The notes under the pieces: model-generated | Seen by the model: only the letters and a program-made list of their open reading frames with translations | What the model was told of the DNA's origin: nothing | The model's database searches: none | Position numbers and translations under genes: made by a program | Shown here: in pieces, positions 1 to 8,456 of the stretch | Position numbering within the stretch: position 1 is the stretch's first letter | Layout of the letters: each line of letters starts with the position of its first letter | Virus record (IMG/VR): IMGVR_UViG_3300027772_000112 | Location: 1-30,991 of that record | Strand: one strand, 5' to 3' | Length of the DNA: 30,991 bases | DNA from: a virus | Lineage: Duplodnaviria; Caudoviricetes

Positions 1-399
1 CTTCTGGAGCCGGTCAAACTCTTCGGTGATGATCTTTGACCAGTCCTCCCGCTTATCCATGTCGTTGCCGTACGCGGTACGAATGTTCGCGTAGGTCGGC
101 ACCTCGGCGAACACGTCGTAGAAGGCTGACATCGCCAGCGTAAGGAACGCTTCCGACTCACGGAAGTTGACGTTGGTGCGGAACGCTTGGTTGTTTCGGC
201 GCAGTTCTGCTGGATTGTACGGAGGATTTCCATCGACCAGACCGCGCAGCTTGGCTCGCGTACTATTACGCAGCTCATCGGCCATGATAAGCTTCTGGAA
301 GATTTCGCGAGCGGATGCCGCGTCGGCTATGCGCGTTTCAGGCGCTTTGCCGTCTTCGTTGATAGTTTCAAGCGGCAGTTGGGCTAGGTTTCCGTACAT
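1..399 (-). CDS. Probable portal protein, N-terminal part (truncated by window edge)
   Basis: Not in the ORF track because it has no stop in the window. Manual translation from ATG at 399 is open to base 1: MYGNLAQLPLETINEDGKAPETRIADAASAREIFQKLIMADELRNSTRAKLRGLVDGNPPYNPAELRRNNQAFRTNVNFRESEAFL... The start overlaps the end of the upstream gene. Portal identity is inferred from position two genes after terL. Confidence 0.6.
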   Translation of the reverse strand, partial: MYGNLAQLPLETINEDGKAPETRIADAASAREIFQKLIMADELRNSTRAKLRGLVDGNPPYNPAELRRNNQAFRTNVNFRESEAFLTLAMSAFYDVFAEVPTYANIRTAYGNDMDKREDWSKIITEEFDRLQK

Positions 400-1013
400 G
401 GTCGTTTTTTCCAGCAGTGAGCCGGAAGGTTTTCGTTCTCTGTAGCGTCCGAGAATTTATGAAGGGTTTCAATGGGAAACCAAACCATGCTTCTGATAAA
501 GCAACCGCAAAACTCGCAGCTTTGCAGACTTTCGTCTACTGGAGTGCTGCCGTGTTGAGAGAAAGTTTTGACAGCATCCTTCAGTACACGGGCGTTGCAT
601 CCCGTGCATCCGAGTGGTTTTCGATTGAACGAACAAGTTGAGCAGATGCTTGCGCGCCTATTCGCTTCCGACTGATCCACCTTGCCGCCGCCAACCGTAA
701 GTCCGTGGAGAAGACTCATGCTGAACCGGATGACGTCGCCAATCTGAAGCGATTTACGACCCTCCGGCTTGTGGATCTTAACCTCGTCGTAGGAGCAATC
801 GGCACCGTTACGACACGCATATTCGGTGATTAAATCGTCAATGTTGCTCGGGATTTGAATGGCGTTCGCCGTGTAGTGATTGCGTACAAACTCATTGAGC
901 TGCGCCCACGATCCTCCGGGTACTTCAATGCCAGTCTCGGGAATGCGGTAATGCCATCCGCCGGGGATGACCATGTGTTCGTTCAGAACTTTGTAACCAG
1001 TGGTTTTGCTCAT
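384..1013 (-). CDS. Cys-rich hypothetical protein (putative Zn-binding)
   Basis: 209 aa with CSTC, CTGC, CEFCGC and a terminal CW; ATGA overlap with the terL stop at 1010-1013. Confidence 0.8.
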   Translation of the reverse strand: MSKTTGYKVLNEHMVIPGGWHYRIPETGIEVPGGSWAQLNEFVRNHYTANAIQIPSNIDDLITEYACRNGADCSYDEVKIHKPEGRKSLQIGDVIRFSMSLLHGLTVGGGKVDQSEANRRASICSTCSFNRKPLGCTGCNARVLKDAVKTFSQHGSTPVDESLQSCEFCGCFIRSMVWFPIETLHKFSDATENENLPAHCWKKRPCTET

Positions 1014-2695
1014 GCTTCAATCGTTTCGTCGTAGTAAATTGAATCTGCGTCCTTCACTAGCTTTTCCCACACCTTGTCCATCTTCGTGAAGCGCGGCTCT
1101 AAAACAGCAGTTTTGCGGACTAGATCAAGCAAGACTACAGCAGCGTCGGCCAAATCAGGCGATTTTCCCGTCCGTTGCTTCATCACGGTTTTTGATTCGA
1201 CCGATATCTTCCGCTTGGAATCATCGAACATTCGACCGCAGAACTCTTGCAGCGTCTCGATGTCCATGCCTCCAACCCGCTCCTCGACAACCCATTTACG
1301 CATCGAGAACCAGAGTTCAGTAACCTTGCGGTCGTAAGCTTCATTGGATGGCCTACTGTCCTCGTCGCTGACGGGGATGGTTGATGGCGAACCGCCGAAC
1401 TCAGTGCGATGAATTACACCCCATTCTCGGGTCAAGATGTCGGCCAATCCACCACCTTCACCACTTGAATCCAAACCAAACTTGTCCGGTGGAACGCCGC
1501 GCTTGTTGCATTCTTCTTTAACCCGATTGGCTATCTGGTAATGCACCGGCTCCGTTAGCTGAGCGTTGACGGATATGTGGATGATGTCTTGAAAAAGTAT
1601 GCTGACCTTGTCGTTTGCGGTGCCAACTTTGGCAAAGCGAAGGATACATCTGTCGCCACCAAAGCCCGGATCAAGACCGGCAACGACTTGAACATTGGTC
1701 GTAAACACCAAACTTTTTGTAGGTGTGTGCGTCTCGATGAGCGATTCGGACAGAACCGTCTTGACCATGCCGTCCGGCGACCAGAATCCGCGTGTGTACT
1801 TCCAGAACGTAGGGCTTTGCTCGCCCTCATGTCGCATAGCCGACAAGACCTGATCCTGAGTAATGAGGTACGGATACTTCGTGCGGCCCTCGCTGATGTT
1901 GGGCGACTTCATGCCGTCAAAGCGTCGGCACATCCCGCGTTCTGTCAGCCAATGCTGGTCTTCAATCGTTACGCTGCGCCATCCCTTTGCCGGTGTGCAG
2001 AAGCGTCCATGCGGATCAAACTTTGAGGCAGGGTTTCCGATGACCAACATCTTGAACTCGCGGCAACCCTTAGAAAGGTTCGTACACGCTTCGAAAGCCG
2101 CTTCAGGCGTATCCGTAGCTTCGTCAATAATAACCATCACACGCTCGGCGTGGATGCCTTGAATGTTGGCCACAGCCTTGGATGTGTTGCCCTCGGCGAC
2201 AGCAATAGCGGAAATGGAGTGCCGGTCGTCTCCTTTGATGGCTTGAAGACTCATCTTCGAATCGACCATGTTTCCGGGGAATCCGCGTGATTTCCGAACA
2301 AGATCCTGAAGATTGGCCCACATACGCTTTCGGATCATCTTTGCCGTTGTAGACGTGAGAACAACGGTTGTTTTGGAAGGGTTGGCCAACCACCAAACAG
2401 TCGCAAAGAGCGTCGCGCCGAAAGTCTTTCCGCTCGCGCCACAACCTGCCCATCCGACGTAGTCGTGTTCGCAAAGACCTTCGACTTGTGCTTCGAGCCA
2501 CGGGTTCCAACTCATCTTCGGCCATAACATTTTCGTGGCGTTACGAAAATGATCGAAAGTACCTAGTCCGCCCTCATTTGGTTGGAGTCGATTTCGAAAT
2601 GCGTAGAGTTCCAGTTCTAGGTCTGGAATCTTGACTGGGGAACGAATCCCGTACTTGTGGTCGATCAATGGATGCTCTGACACTTGCTCTGGCAT
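1010..2695 (-). CDS. terL: Terminase large subunit
   Basis: Walker A GCGASGKT, Walker B VMVIIDEA, motif III IGNP, nuclease motifs GLDPGFGGD, LDSSG and KSPDLADA. Start moved to ATG 2695 (MPEQVSEH) because 2761 would overlap the divergent gene. Confidence 0.93.
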   Translation of the reverse strand: MPEQVSEHPLIDHKYGIRSPVKIPDLELELYAFRNRLQPNEGGLGTFDHFRNATKMLWPKMSWNPWLEAQVEGLCEHDYVGWAGCGASGKTFGATLFATVWWLANPSKTTVVLTSTTAKMIRKRMWANLQDLVRKSRGFPGNMVDSKMSLQAIKGDDRHSISAIAVAEGNTSKAVANIQGIHAERVMVIIDEATDTPEAAFEACTNLSKGCREFKMLVIGNPASKFDPHGRFCTPAKGWRSVTIEDQHWLTERGMCRRFDGMKSPNISEGRTKYPYLITQDQVLSAMRHEGEQSPTFWKYTRGFWSPDGMVKTVLSESLIETHTPTKSLVFTTNVQVVAGLDPGFGGDRCILRFAKVGTANDKVSILFQDIIHISVNAQLTEPVHYQIANRVKEECNKRGVPPDKFGLDSSGEGGGLADILTREWGVIHRTEFGGSPSTIPVSDEDSRPSNEAYDRKVTELWFSMRKWVVEERVGGMDIETLQEFCGRMFDDSKRKISVESKTVMKQRTGKSPDLADAAVVLLDLVRKTAVLEPRFTKMDKVWEKLVKDADSIYYDETIEA

Positions 2696-2749
2696 AGTTT
2701 GGCCTTGCATTAGTTCTCGCTGGACTTGACGGTCTGGCAAAGGAAAAAT

Positions 2750-3973
2750 ATGCCGTCGCAACTTGTTTCTTCAACCGGCTGTTGCCAGCCTTGCGATACC
2801 GTTCCGGTTGTCGTGAACGTCCCCGGACCACAGGGTGCTGCGGGTACTAACGGAACAAACGGCGCGAACGGGGAAAATGCGTTCTCGTATACGACCGCGT
2901 CGTTTGTAGTTCCAACTTTTGGAGCATCGGTTGTCGTTGCGGTTGCGAACACTTCGTTTCTTCCAGAGTCGGTTGCTGGACAATTTTTTGTATCGGTTCA
3001 GGGATGCGGCTACTTGCAGGTTACATCGGTAGACGGTTTGCTGGTAACCCTACAAAACCCACTTGCAGGCGTTCTCGGAATCCCAAATGCGATTCCTACG
3101 ACGGTGATTCCTATTGGTTCACTTATCACGCTGTCGGGTGCAATTGGCGCTACGGGTGCGGCAGGAGCGTCTGGCGGAGCATCCTCCGCAGCGACGTACA
3201 TTGTTCGAACTCCCGACGCATCGGTTCCGAGTGCAACGGCGCTCAATTCGCTTTTATCTGGCTATCTCAAGACTCAAGGGTCGAGCGGATCTGGTTTTCT
3301 ATCGACCGTTGCAACGGTTCCAGTGGGCGATATTAGCGGCGTGTTGCCGGTCGCAAACGGTGGAACGAACGTCGCAACCATACCTACCAATGGCCAACTG
3401 CTCATTGGCAATGGAACGGGATACACGCTGGCAAGTCTGACCGCAGGCTCAAACATCACGATTACGCCGGGTGCTGGCACGATCAGCATAGCGGCCACGG
3501 GAGCTGCGGCGGCGTTCGTTTATGAAACTTTTACGCGGAGGGTAAGCGGAACTGTGGGTGCTGGTGCGCCGCAAATCGGCCCGAGTTTAACTAAGAATCC
3601 GTTTAGTTTGACAGAATTTCCGTCTGGATCTTGGACTGGAATTGATACCGCATCACGATTTACTGCGGCTACAGGTCGGTTTACGGCAGCTCTTGCAGGT
3701 TATTACCGAATAGATGTTGCCTTAATGTTAAGCGCAGATACAGGAACATCCTCTACGGTTTCTTTTAAGATTAGAAAAAATGGAACAACCGATATTGGAC
3801 CTGCAAATATTCAGTCAACAAACTCAACGAGTTTGGTTGGACCATTTTTTATCCAGTACATAGATCAAGCGTCTGCTAGCGATTTTTACGAAGTTTTGGT
3901 TACAACCTCTGCCCTAAACACATATTACATTCGAGAGGGAGCATCATTTTCCATCCAAAGGATTCAGGCTTAA
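2750..3973 (+). CDS. Tail fibre/spike-like protein with short collagen-like repeat and C-terminal C1q/TNF-like head
   Basis: GPQGAAGTNGTNGANGEN triplets; fibre motif ISGVLPVANGGTN; C1q-like GRFTAALAGYYRIDVAL. ATG 2750 follows AAGGAAAAAT. Confidence 0.75.
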   Translation: MPSQLVSSTGCCQPCDTVPVVVNVPGPQGAAGTNGTNGANGENAFSYTTASFVVPTFGASVVVAVANTSFLPESVAGQFFVSVQGCGYLQVTSVDGLLVTLQNPLAGVLGIPNAIPTTVIPIGSLITLSGAIGATGAAGASGGASSAATYIVRTPDASVPSATALNSLLSGYLKTQGSSGSGFLSTVATVPVGDISGVLPVANGGTNVATIPTNGQLLIGNGTGYTLASLTAGSNITITPGAGTISIAATGAAAAFVYETFTRRVSGTVGAGAPQIGPSLTKNPFSLTEFPSGSWTGIDTASRFTAATGRFTAALAGYYRIDVALMLSADTGTSSTVSFKIRKNGTTDIGPANIQSTNSTSLVGPFFIQYIDQASASDFYEVLVTTSALNTYYIREGASFSIQRIQA

Positions 3974-3976
3974 GCC

Positions 3977-5824
3977 ATGAGCGAACGCGCACCACGGAGG
4001 TACACGGACGGATCTGTCACCTTTGAGGGTGGCATTGACGCTGGTGTGATGCCGTCTGAGGTGGACAAGAATCAGGTCGCCTTTGCGGTCAATGCCAGCT
4101 TTCGGCAGGGATTCATCTCTCCTCGGCCCGGTTTCATTCAGAAAGATTACGACGTATGCTTGTCGATTACGGCAGACAGTACGCTCGTAACTGCGGATCA
4201 AACCAATGTCACGGCTGACGGTTTCTCCGAGGAGTGCTACGGTTCGAGCAATTTGACCGGCGTGTTCCAGTGTGCGCTCCCATACATCGGCGACAACGGA
4301 GCGACGTTCATCCTGATGCTAATCAGTGGTAAAGTGTGGCTTTACGACTGCCTTCAAAACAGCGTTCAAAACCTTTCAGCTTCGCCCAATCTTGAGAACC
4401 CATCGAACATACTCGATGGGTGGATGGTTCAGGCGGAGAACTTCGTCGTCATTCAAGACGGTCAGAGCGCACCGCTGATCTTCAACGGATCAAGCCTGCG
4501 CCGCGCAACCACCGACGAAATCAAGTGCGGAAGAGTAATGGCCTACGTCAACGGACGTATCTGGTACGCGCTTCCGAATGGGTTTTCATTCCGAGCTACG
4601 GATATTGTTTATGGAGATGGCACGCGAGCGAGTGTTCTCAAAGAAACCGAGAATACCTTCCTCAACGAAGGCGGAGACTTTGCGGTTCCGTCAGATTCAG
4701 GAGGAATCACGGCAATGGCCGTCCCCGGCGATCCAGATACGTCGCTTGGGCAAGGGCCGCTCCTAGTTTTTACTCCTCGATACGTCTTCTCGGTTCAAGC
4801 TCCTGTTGATCGTGATACATGGAAGAACCTGAGCTATCCGATTCAGGCTATCAGTTTGCTGACCAGCGGTGCGCTTGGCGCTAGGTCGGCCATCACTGTC
4901 AACGGCGACGTGTTCTACCGCGCAGTCGATGGCGTTCGCTCGTTCATCATCGCTCGTCGCTCGTTCACTGATCCGGGTAATACGCCCATCAGCAACGAGA
5001 TTGTGAACATCGCTGAGAACGATCAATCAAGCCTGCTATGGTCTGGCTCTGCGGTCGTGTTCGACAATCGATTGCTGATGACCGGACAGCCTCGGTACAA
5101 TGCCCAAGGCGTTATCCACAAGGCGCTGATGGTTTTGGATTTCGACCTGATTACGTCGCTGCGGAAAAAGTTTCCTCCCGCGTGGGCGGGAATCTGGACT
5201 GGACTTGACGTGTTGCAGGTCTTGAAGACGGAGGGTGTTTACGGAGATAGATGCTTTTCAATTGCTCGCGGCGAAAACGGAACGATCCAGATTTGGGAAA
5301 TCAGCAAGGGTGCCAAGTTCGATAACAACATTGCTGATGGAAAGAAGGAGATTCAGTGGCTGGTTCATACTCGCGCCTACAACTTCGAGATTCCGTTTGG
5401 ACTGAAGCGGCTTGATTCGGGCGACATCTTCATTGATTCGTTGGACGGAGACGCTTCTTTCAATGTCGAGTATCGACCCGATCAGTACCCCGGATGGATT
5501 GAGTGGGCAGACTGGGCTGAATGCGCGACAACTTTGCAGTGCCAACCTGCTTGTCCGCTGGTCAATTTCCAGCCGCAGTACAGGCCGAAGATGCGCCTGC
5601 CGACTCCATCGGATGTCCCGTGCAATTCGAGCATTAGCACACCGACTCGAAACATGTACGAGGTTCAAATGAGCCTGACAATTACGGGATATTGCCGCAT
5701 CAAGAGCATCCGAGTTCACGCTTACGACGTTCAGGAACCTGCGGTGGGCGAGTGCCTTGTTTTCGAAGGATGCAAGACTCTTGATGCTTGCGACGTAAAC
5801 CCGTTTACCTACACATCGGAATAG
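3977..5824 (+). CDS. Probable tail nozzle/DNA-stabilisation protein (P22 gp10/T7 gp12-like role)
   Basis: 615 aa, beta-rich, with propeller-like segments (MAYVNGRIWY, VNGDVFYRAVDGVRS, VVFDNRLLM); size and position in a podovirus-type tail module. Confidence 0.65.
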   Translation: MSERAPRRYTDGSVTFEGGIDAGVMPSEVDKNQVAFAVNASFRQGFISPRPGFIQKDYDVCLSITADSTLVTADQTNVTADGFSEECYGSSNLTGVFQCALPYIGDNGATFILMLISGKVWLYDCLQNSVQNLSASPNLENPSNILDGWMVQAENFVVIQDGQSAPLIFNGSSLRRATTDEIKCGRVMAYVNGRIWYALPNGFSFRATDIVYGDGTRASVLKETENTFLNEGGDFAVPSDSGGITAMAVPGDPDTSLGQGPLLVFTPRYVFSVQAPVDRDTWKNLSYPIQAISLLTSGALGARSAITVNGDVFYRAVDGVRSFIIARRSFTDPGNTPISNEIVNIAENDQSSLLWSGSAVVFDNRLLMTGQPRYNAQGVIHKALMVLDFDLITSLRKKFPPAWAGIWTGLDVLQVLKTEGVYGDRCFSIARGENGTIQIWEISKGAKFDNNIADGKKEIQWLVHTRAYNFEIPFGLKRLDSGDIFIDSLDGDASFNVEYRPDQYPGWIEWADWAECATTLQCQPACPLVNFQPQYRPKMRLPTPSDVPCNSSISTPTRNMYEVQMSLTITGYCRIKSIRVHAYDVQEPAVGECLVFEGCKTLDACDVNPFTYTSE

Positions 5825-5825
5825 T

Positions 5826-6524
5826 ATGTCAAACCTAACCCTAATCACGCTTACACCTCCAAGTCTTCCGGTGAGTTATTGTCCGTTGAACTACCAGAAC
5901 TTGGCCAACGATATCATCGGAGGCACGCAAGCCGTTTTCAACAGCACGATTGGAAACTCGTTCTTCAATTTTGGACCGACGTTTCCATCGATCAACAATC
6001 GGATTTATCCGTGGCTTGATGAAACTGGGCGGTGGTGGATTTACGATCAAGGAGTCTGGCTCTATGAAAATCCTGTCGCAGCGAATGGATATGATCGCCG
6101 CATCTTTGTTGGAACGACTACCGATCTTCTCTCGTACGACGGCGGTGATGGAACTGCTGTGGCAACCACTACAACTGGTCCGATGTGGATGGTTGATACC
6201 TCGTTTGACGCTCGATTCCCGGTCGGTGTTGGCGCTTTTGCGGCGAGTGGTGCTGTTGCTGTCAATGGAACCGCAACTGCCACATCAATCGTCGGAGAGG
6301 ATCAGCACACGCTGACTGTTCCTGAGATACCTGCCCATACTCACAACTTCTTCCCTCTTGTGACTGCGGATGCGAACAATGGCGGAGCCAATGGTGTTCA
6401 GTATGGCACCACGGCAAATGTTGCCACTTCATCCACTGGAGGTGGAGTCGCCCACAACAACCTTCCTCCGTTCTACGGCGTTTATTTCATCAGGCGAACG
6501 AGCCGAATCTATTACACCAAATGA
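5826..6524 (+). CDS. Tail collar-domain/short fibre protein
   Basis: FDARFPVGVG...GEDQHTLTVPEIPAHTH...HNNLPPFYGVYFIRR, the typical tail-collar C-terminal signature. Confidence 0.8.
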   Translation: MSNLTLITLTPPSLPVSYCPLNYQNLANDIIGGTQAVFNSTIGNSFFNFGPTFPSINNRIYPWLDETGRWWIYDQGVWLYENPVAANGYDRRIFVGTTTDLLSYDGGDGTAVATTTTGPMWMVDTSFDARFPVGVGAFAASGAVAVNGTATATSIVGEDQHTLTVPEIPAHTHNFFPLVTADANNGGANGVQYGTTANVATSSTGGGVAHNNLPPFYGVYFIRRTSRIYYTK

Positions 6525-7495
6525 AGCTAATCGTTCAGGACATTCGCTCGACAATCGCCCGTGTAGTCGGCGTCTGCGTCGATGACCCTCGCGTTTACGA
6601 CTACATCAATCAGGCGTGCCGACGGCTTCTGCACAAGGGGTTGTGGGCAGGTGCGTACGGACGCTTCACTATCCACACGGTTGGCGGGTGCATCACTTGG
6701 CCGCGTCACATCGAAACCATTGAGTCCGTCGCTGATTGCTGCGGCGTAGGAACGGTTCGCAATCAATGGTTTGAATTTCAGGAAAGCGGATACGGATTGC
6801 TCGGAGAGAACAATGGCGGGTGCGTCGGAAAGCAGCTTGTGGATCGTGGCACCGTGGTTTCTTACCGCGACATGTCCGGCGGGACGAACAGCTACATCCG
6901 AGTCTATCCCGGTGACGCTTCAGATGTTGGCAAGACCATCACCCTGCAAGGTGTTGATCAGAACGGGCAATGGATTCGCACGCTATCTGGCGGCGTATGG
7001 ATCGACGGTGAGAAGCTAACCCTCGCTCTTCCGTACGTTCAATCGACTAAGAAGTTCATATCGCTGACCGGCGTCATTCGTCAGGTAACCAACACGTCGA
7101 GCCGGTTGTACGAGTACAATGCGACGACCTTGCTGGAGCTTGATCTGGCAGTTTACGACCCTGATGAAACTTTGCCGCAGTACCGCCGCAGTTATCTGAC
7201 GGATCGATGCAACAACGACGAGGATAAGCCGGTAACGGTCATGGCGAAGATGCGCCATATCAACGCGACGAGCGTCAATGACTACCTTATTCCGCCGAGT
7301 CCCGATGCCATCAAGCTGATGGTCATGGCGATTCGTAAGGAGGAGAACGATTTGATTCAGGAAGCAGTGGCCTACGAAGCCAAAGCAGTTCAAGCTGTTC
7401 AGGAGCAAACGATGCAATACCTTGGGGACGCAGTCGCAACGATCCGAATGGTCGGCGTCGGATTAAACGGCGGTGGATTCTCGCAATGGTTCTAA
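6521..7495 (+). CDS. Probable head-tail adaptor/tail tubular protein A-like
   Basis: 324 aa; N-terminal helix (YDYINQACRRL), beta core, C-terminal helices; ATGA-coupled to the previous gene. Function inferred from synteny. Confidence 0.55.
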   Translation: MKLIVQDIRSTIARVVGVCVDDPRVYDYINQACRRLLHKGLWAGAYGRFTIHTVGGCITWPRHIETIESVADCCGVGTVRNQWFEFQESGYGLLGENNGGCVGKQLVDRGTVVSYRDMSGGTNSYIRVYPGDASDVGKTITLQGVDQNGQWIRTLSGGVWIDGEKLTLALPYVQSTKKFISLTGVIRQVTNTSSRLYEYNATTLLELDLAVYDPDETLPQYRRSYLTDRCNNDEDKPVTVMAKMRHINATSVNDYLIPPSPDAIKLMVMAIRKEENDLIQEAVAYEAKAVQAVQEQTMQYLGDAVATIRMVGVGLNGGGFSQWF

Positions 7496-7511
7496 ACCAA
7501 AAGAATAATTT

Positions 7512-8453
7512 ATGGCAATAGGTGCAGCAATTTTGGGTGGAGCGGGAATATCCGCTGTCGGCAGTTTGCTCGGTGGACTTTTCGGCGGAAAAAAACCGAA
7601 GGTGCCTGAGCTAAAGCCGATTGATTTTGCGGGAGAGCAGCGGCAGGCGATTCAGCAGAACATCGCATCGCTTGAGCCTGCAACCGAGTTGGCCACTAAG
7701 ACGACCGCCGCCGAGCAGTCACAGCTTGAGGCGCAGCTTCGTCGTGCAATTCCCGGTTATGATCAGTTGATTCAACAGGCTGGAAAGAACATCGGATCAG
7801 CTTTGCGTGGCGAGGTTTCGCAAGATGTTGCTTCTCAGCTTCAACGATCTTCTGCTGGACGTGCGCTTAGCGGAGGGTATGGCGCTGGTTCGGGTGTTGG
7901 TAGAAATTTGGCCGCTCGCGACTTTGGTCTGACATCGATGCAGATCCAGAATCAAGGTCTTGCTCAGGCGCAGAACTTCATTCAGCAGCAGCGGACGTTC
8001 GGAATGGCGCAACCGTTCTCAATCAGCAGCATGTTCATTACGCCTGCTCAGCGCATTGGAGCCATTCAGCAACAACAGTCGGCCATGTACGGACGTGATT
8101 TGACCGCCGCTCAGGTTGCTGCCGCTCCGTCTCCAATGCAGCAATCGGCTCAAACCGCGTTCACTAATTTTGGAGGGATTGCTGGAGGCTCGTTGGCGCA
8201 ATACGGAATGTATCAAGGATTGATGCAGCAGCAACCGGGAGCGTATCGACCACCATCGTACAATCCTCAGAACGATCCTGAGATTTATCCGAATCTCTAT
8301 GCACCGTCTCCGACGAGGTCGGATATCACACCGCTTTCTACGAGTCTATTTCCAGAGTACGGCTCTTCAAACTACGGAGGAAATACATCTAGTGTAGCCT
8401 CTGTCTCTACAAGTCTATTCCCGGAGTACGGTTCCTCAAATTACAGACCTTGA
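7512..8453 (+). CDS. Probable internal virion/DNA ejection (pilot) protein
   Basis: Gly/Ala hydrophobic N-terminus (MAIGAAILGGAGISAVGSLLGGLFGG) and Gln/Ala-rich body; first of three genes of increasing size after the tail genes. Confidence 0.65.
   Translation: MAIGAAILGGAGISAVGSLLGGLFGGKKPKVPELKPIDFAGEQRQAIQQNIASLEPATELATKTTAAEQSQLEAQLRRAIPGYDQLIQQAGKNIGSALRGEVSQDVASQLQRSSAGRALSGGYGAGSGVGRNLAARDFGLTSMQIQNQGLAQAQNFIQQQRTFGMAQPFSISSMFITPAQRIGAIQQQQSAMYGRDLTAAQVAAAPSPMQQSAQTAFTNFGGIAGGSLAQYGMYQGLMQQQPGAYRPPSYNPQNDPEIYPNLYAPSPTRSDITPLSTSLFPEYGSSNYGGNTSSVASVSTSLFPEYGSSNYRP
8337..8444 (+). repeat. Two 39-bp copies encoding STSLFPEYGSSNY
   Basis: Copies at 8337-8375 and 8406-8444 with six differences, all at synonymous third positions. 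Confidence 0.95.
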
Positions 8454-8456
8454 TTT

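Noticed and set aside
167-641. Plus-strand ORFs 167-445, 187-387 and 417-641
   Set aside because: Antisense shadows of the minus-strand portal-like and Cys-rich genes.
2696-2755. Sigma70 promoters in the terL/fibre divergence
   Set aside because: TTGACG and TTGCCA hexamers are present but no acceptable -10 at usable spacing.
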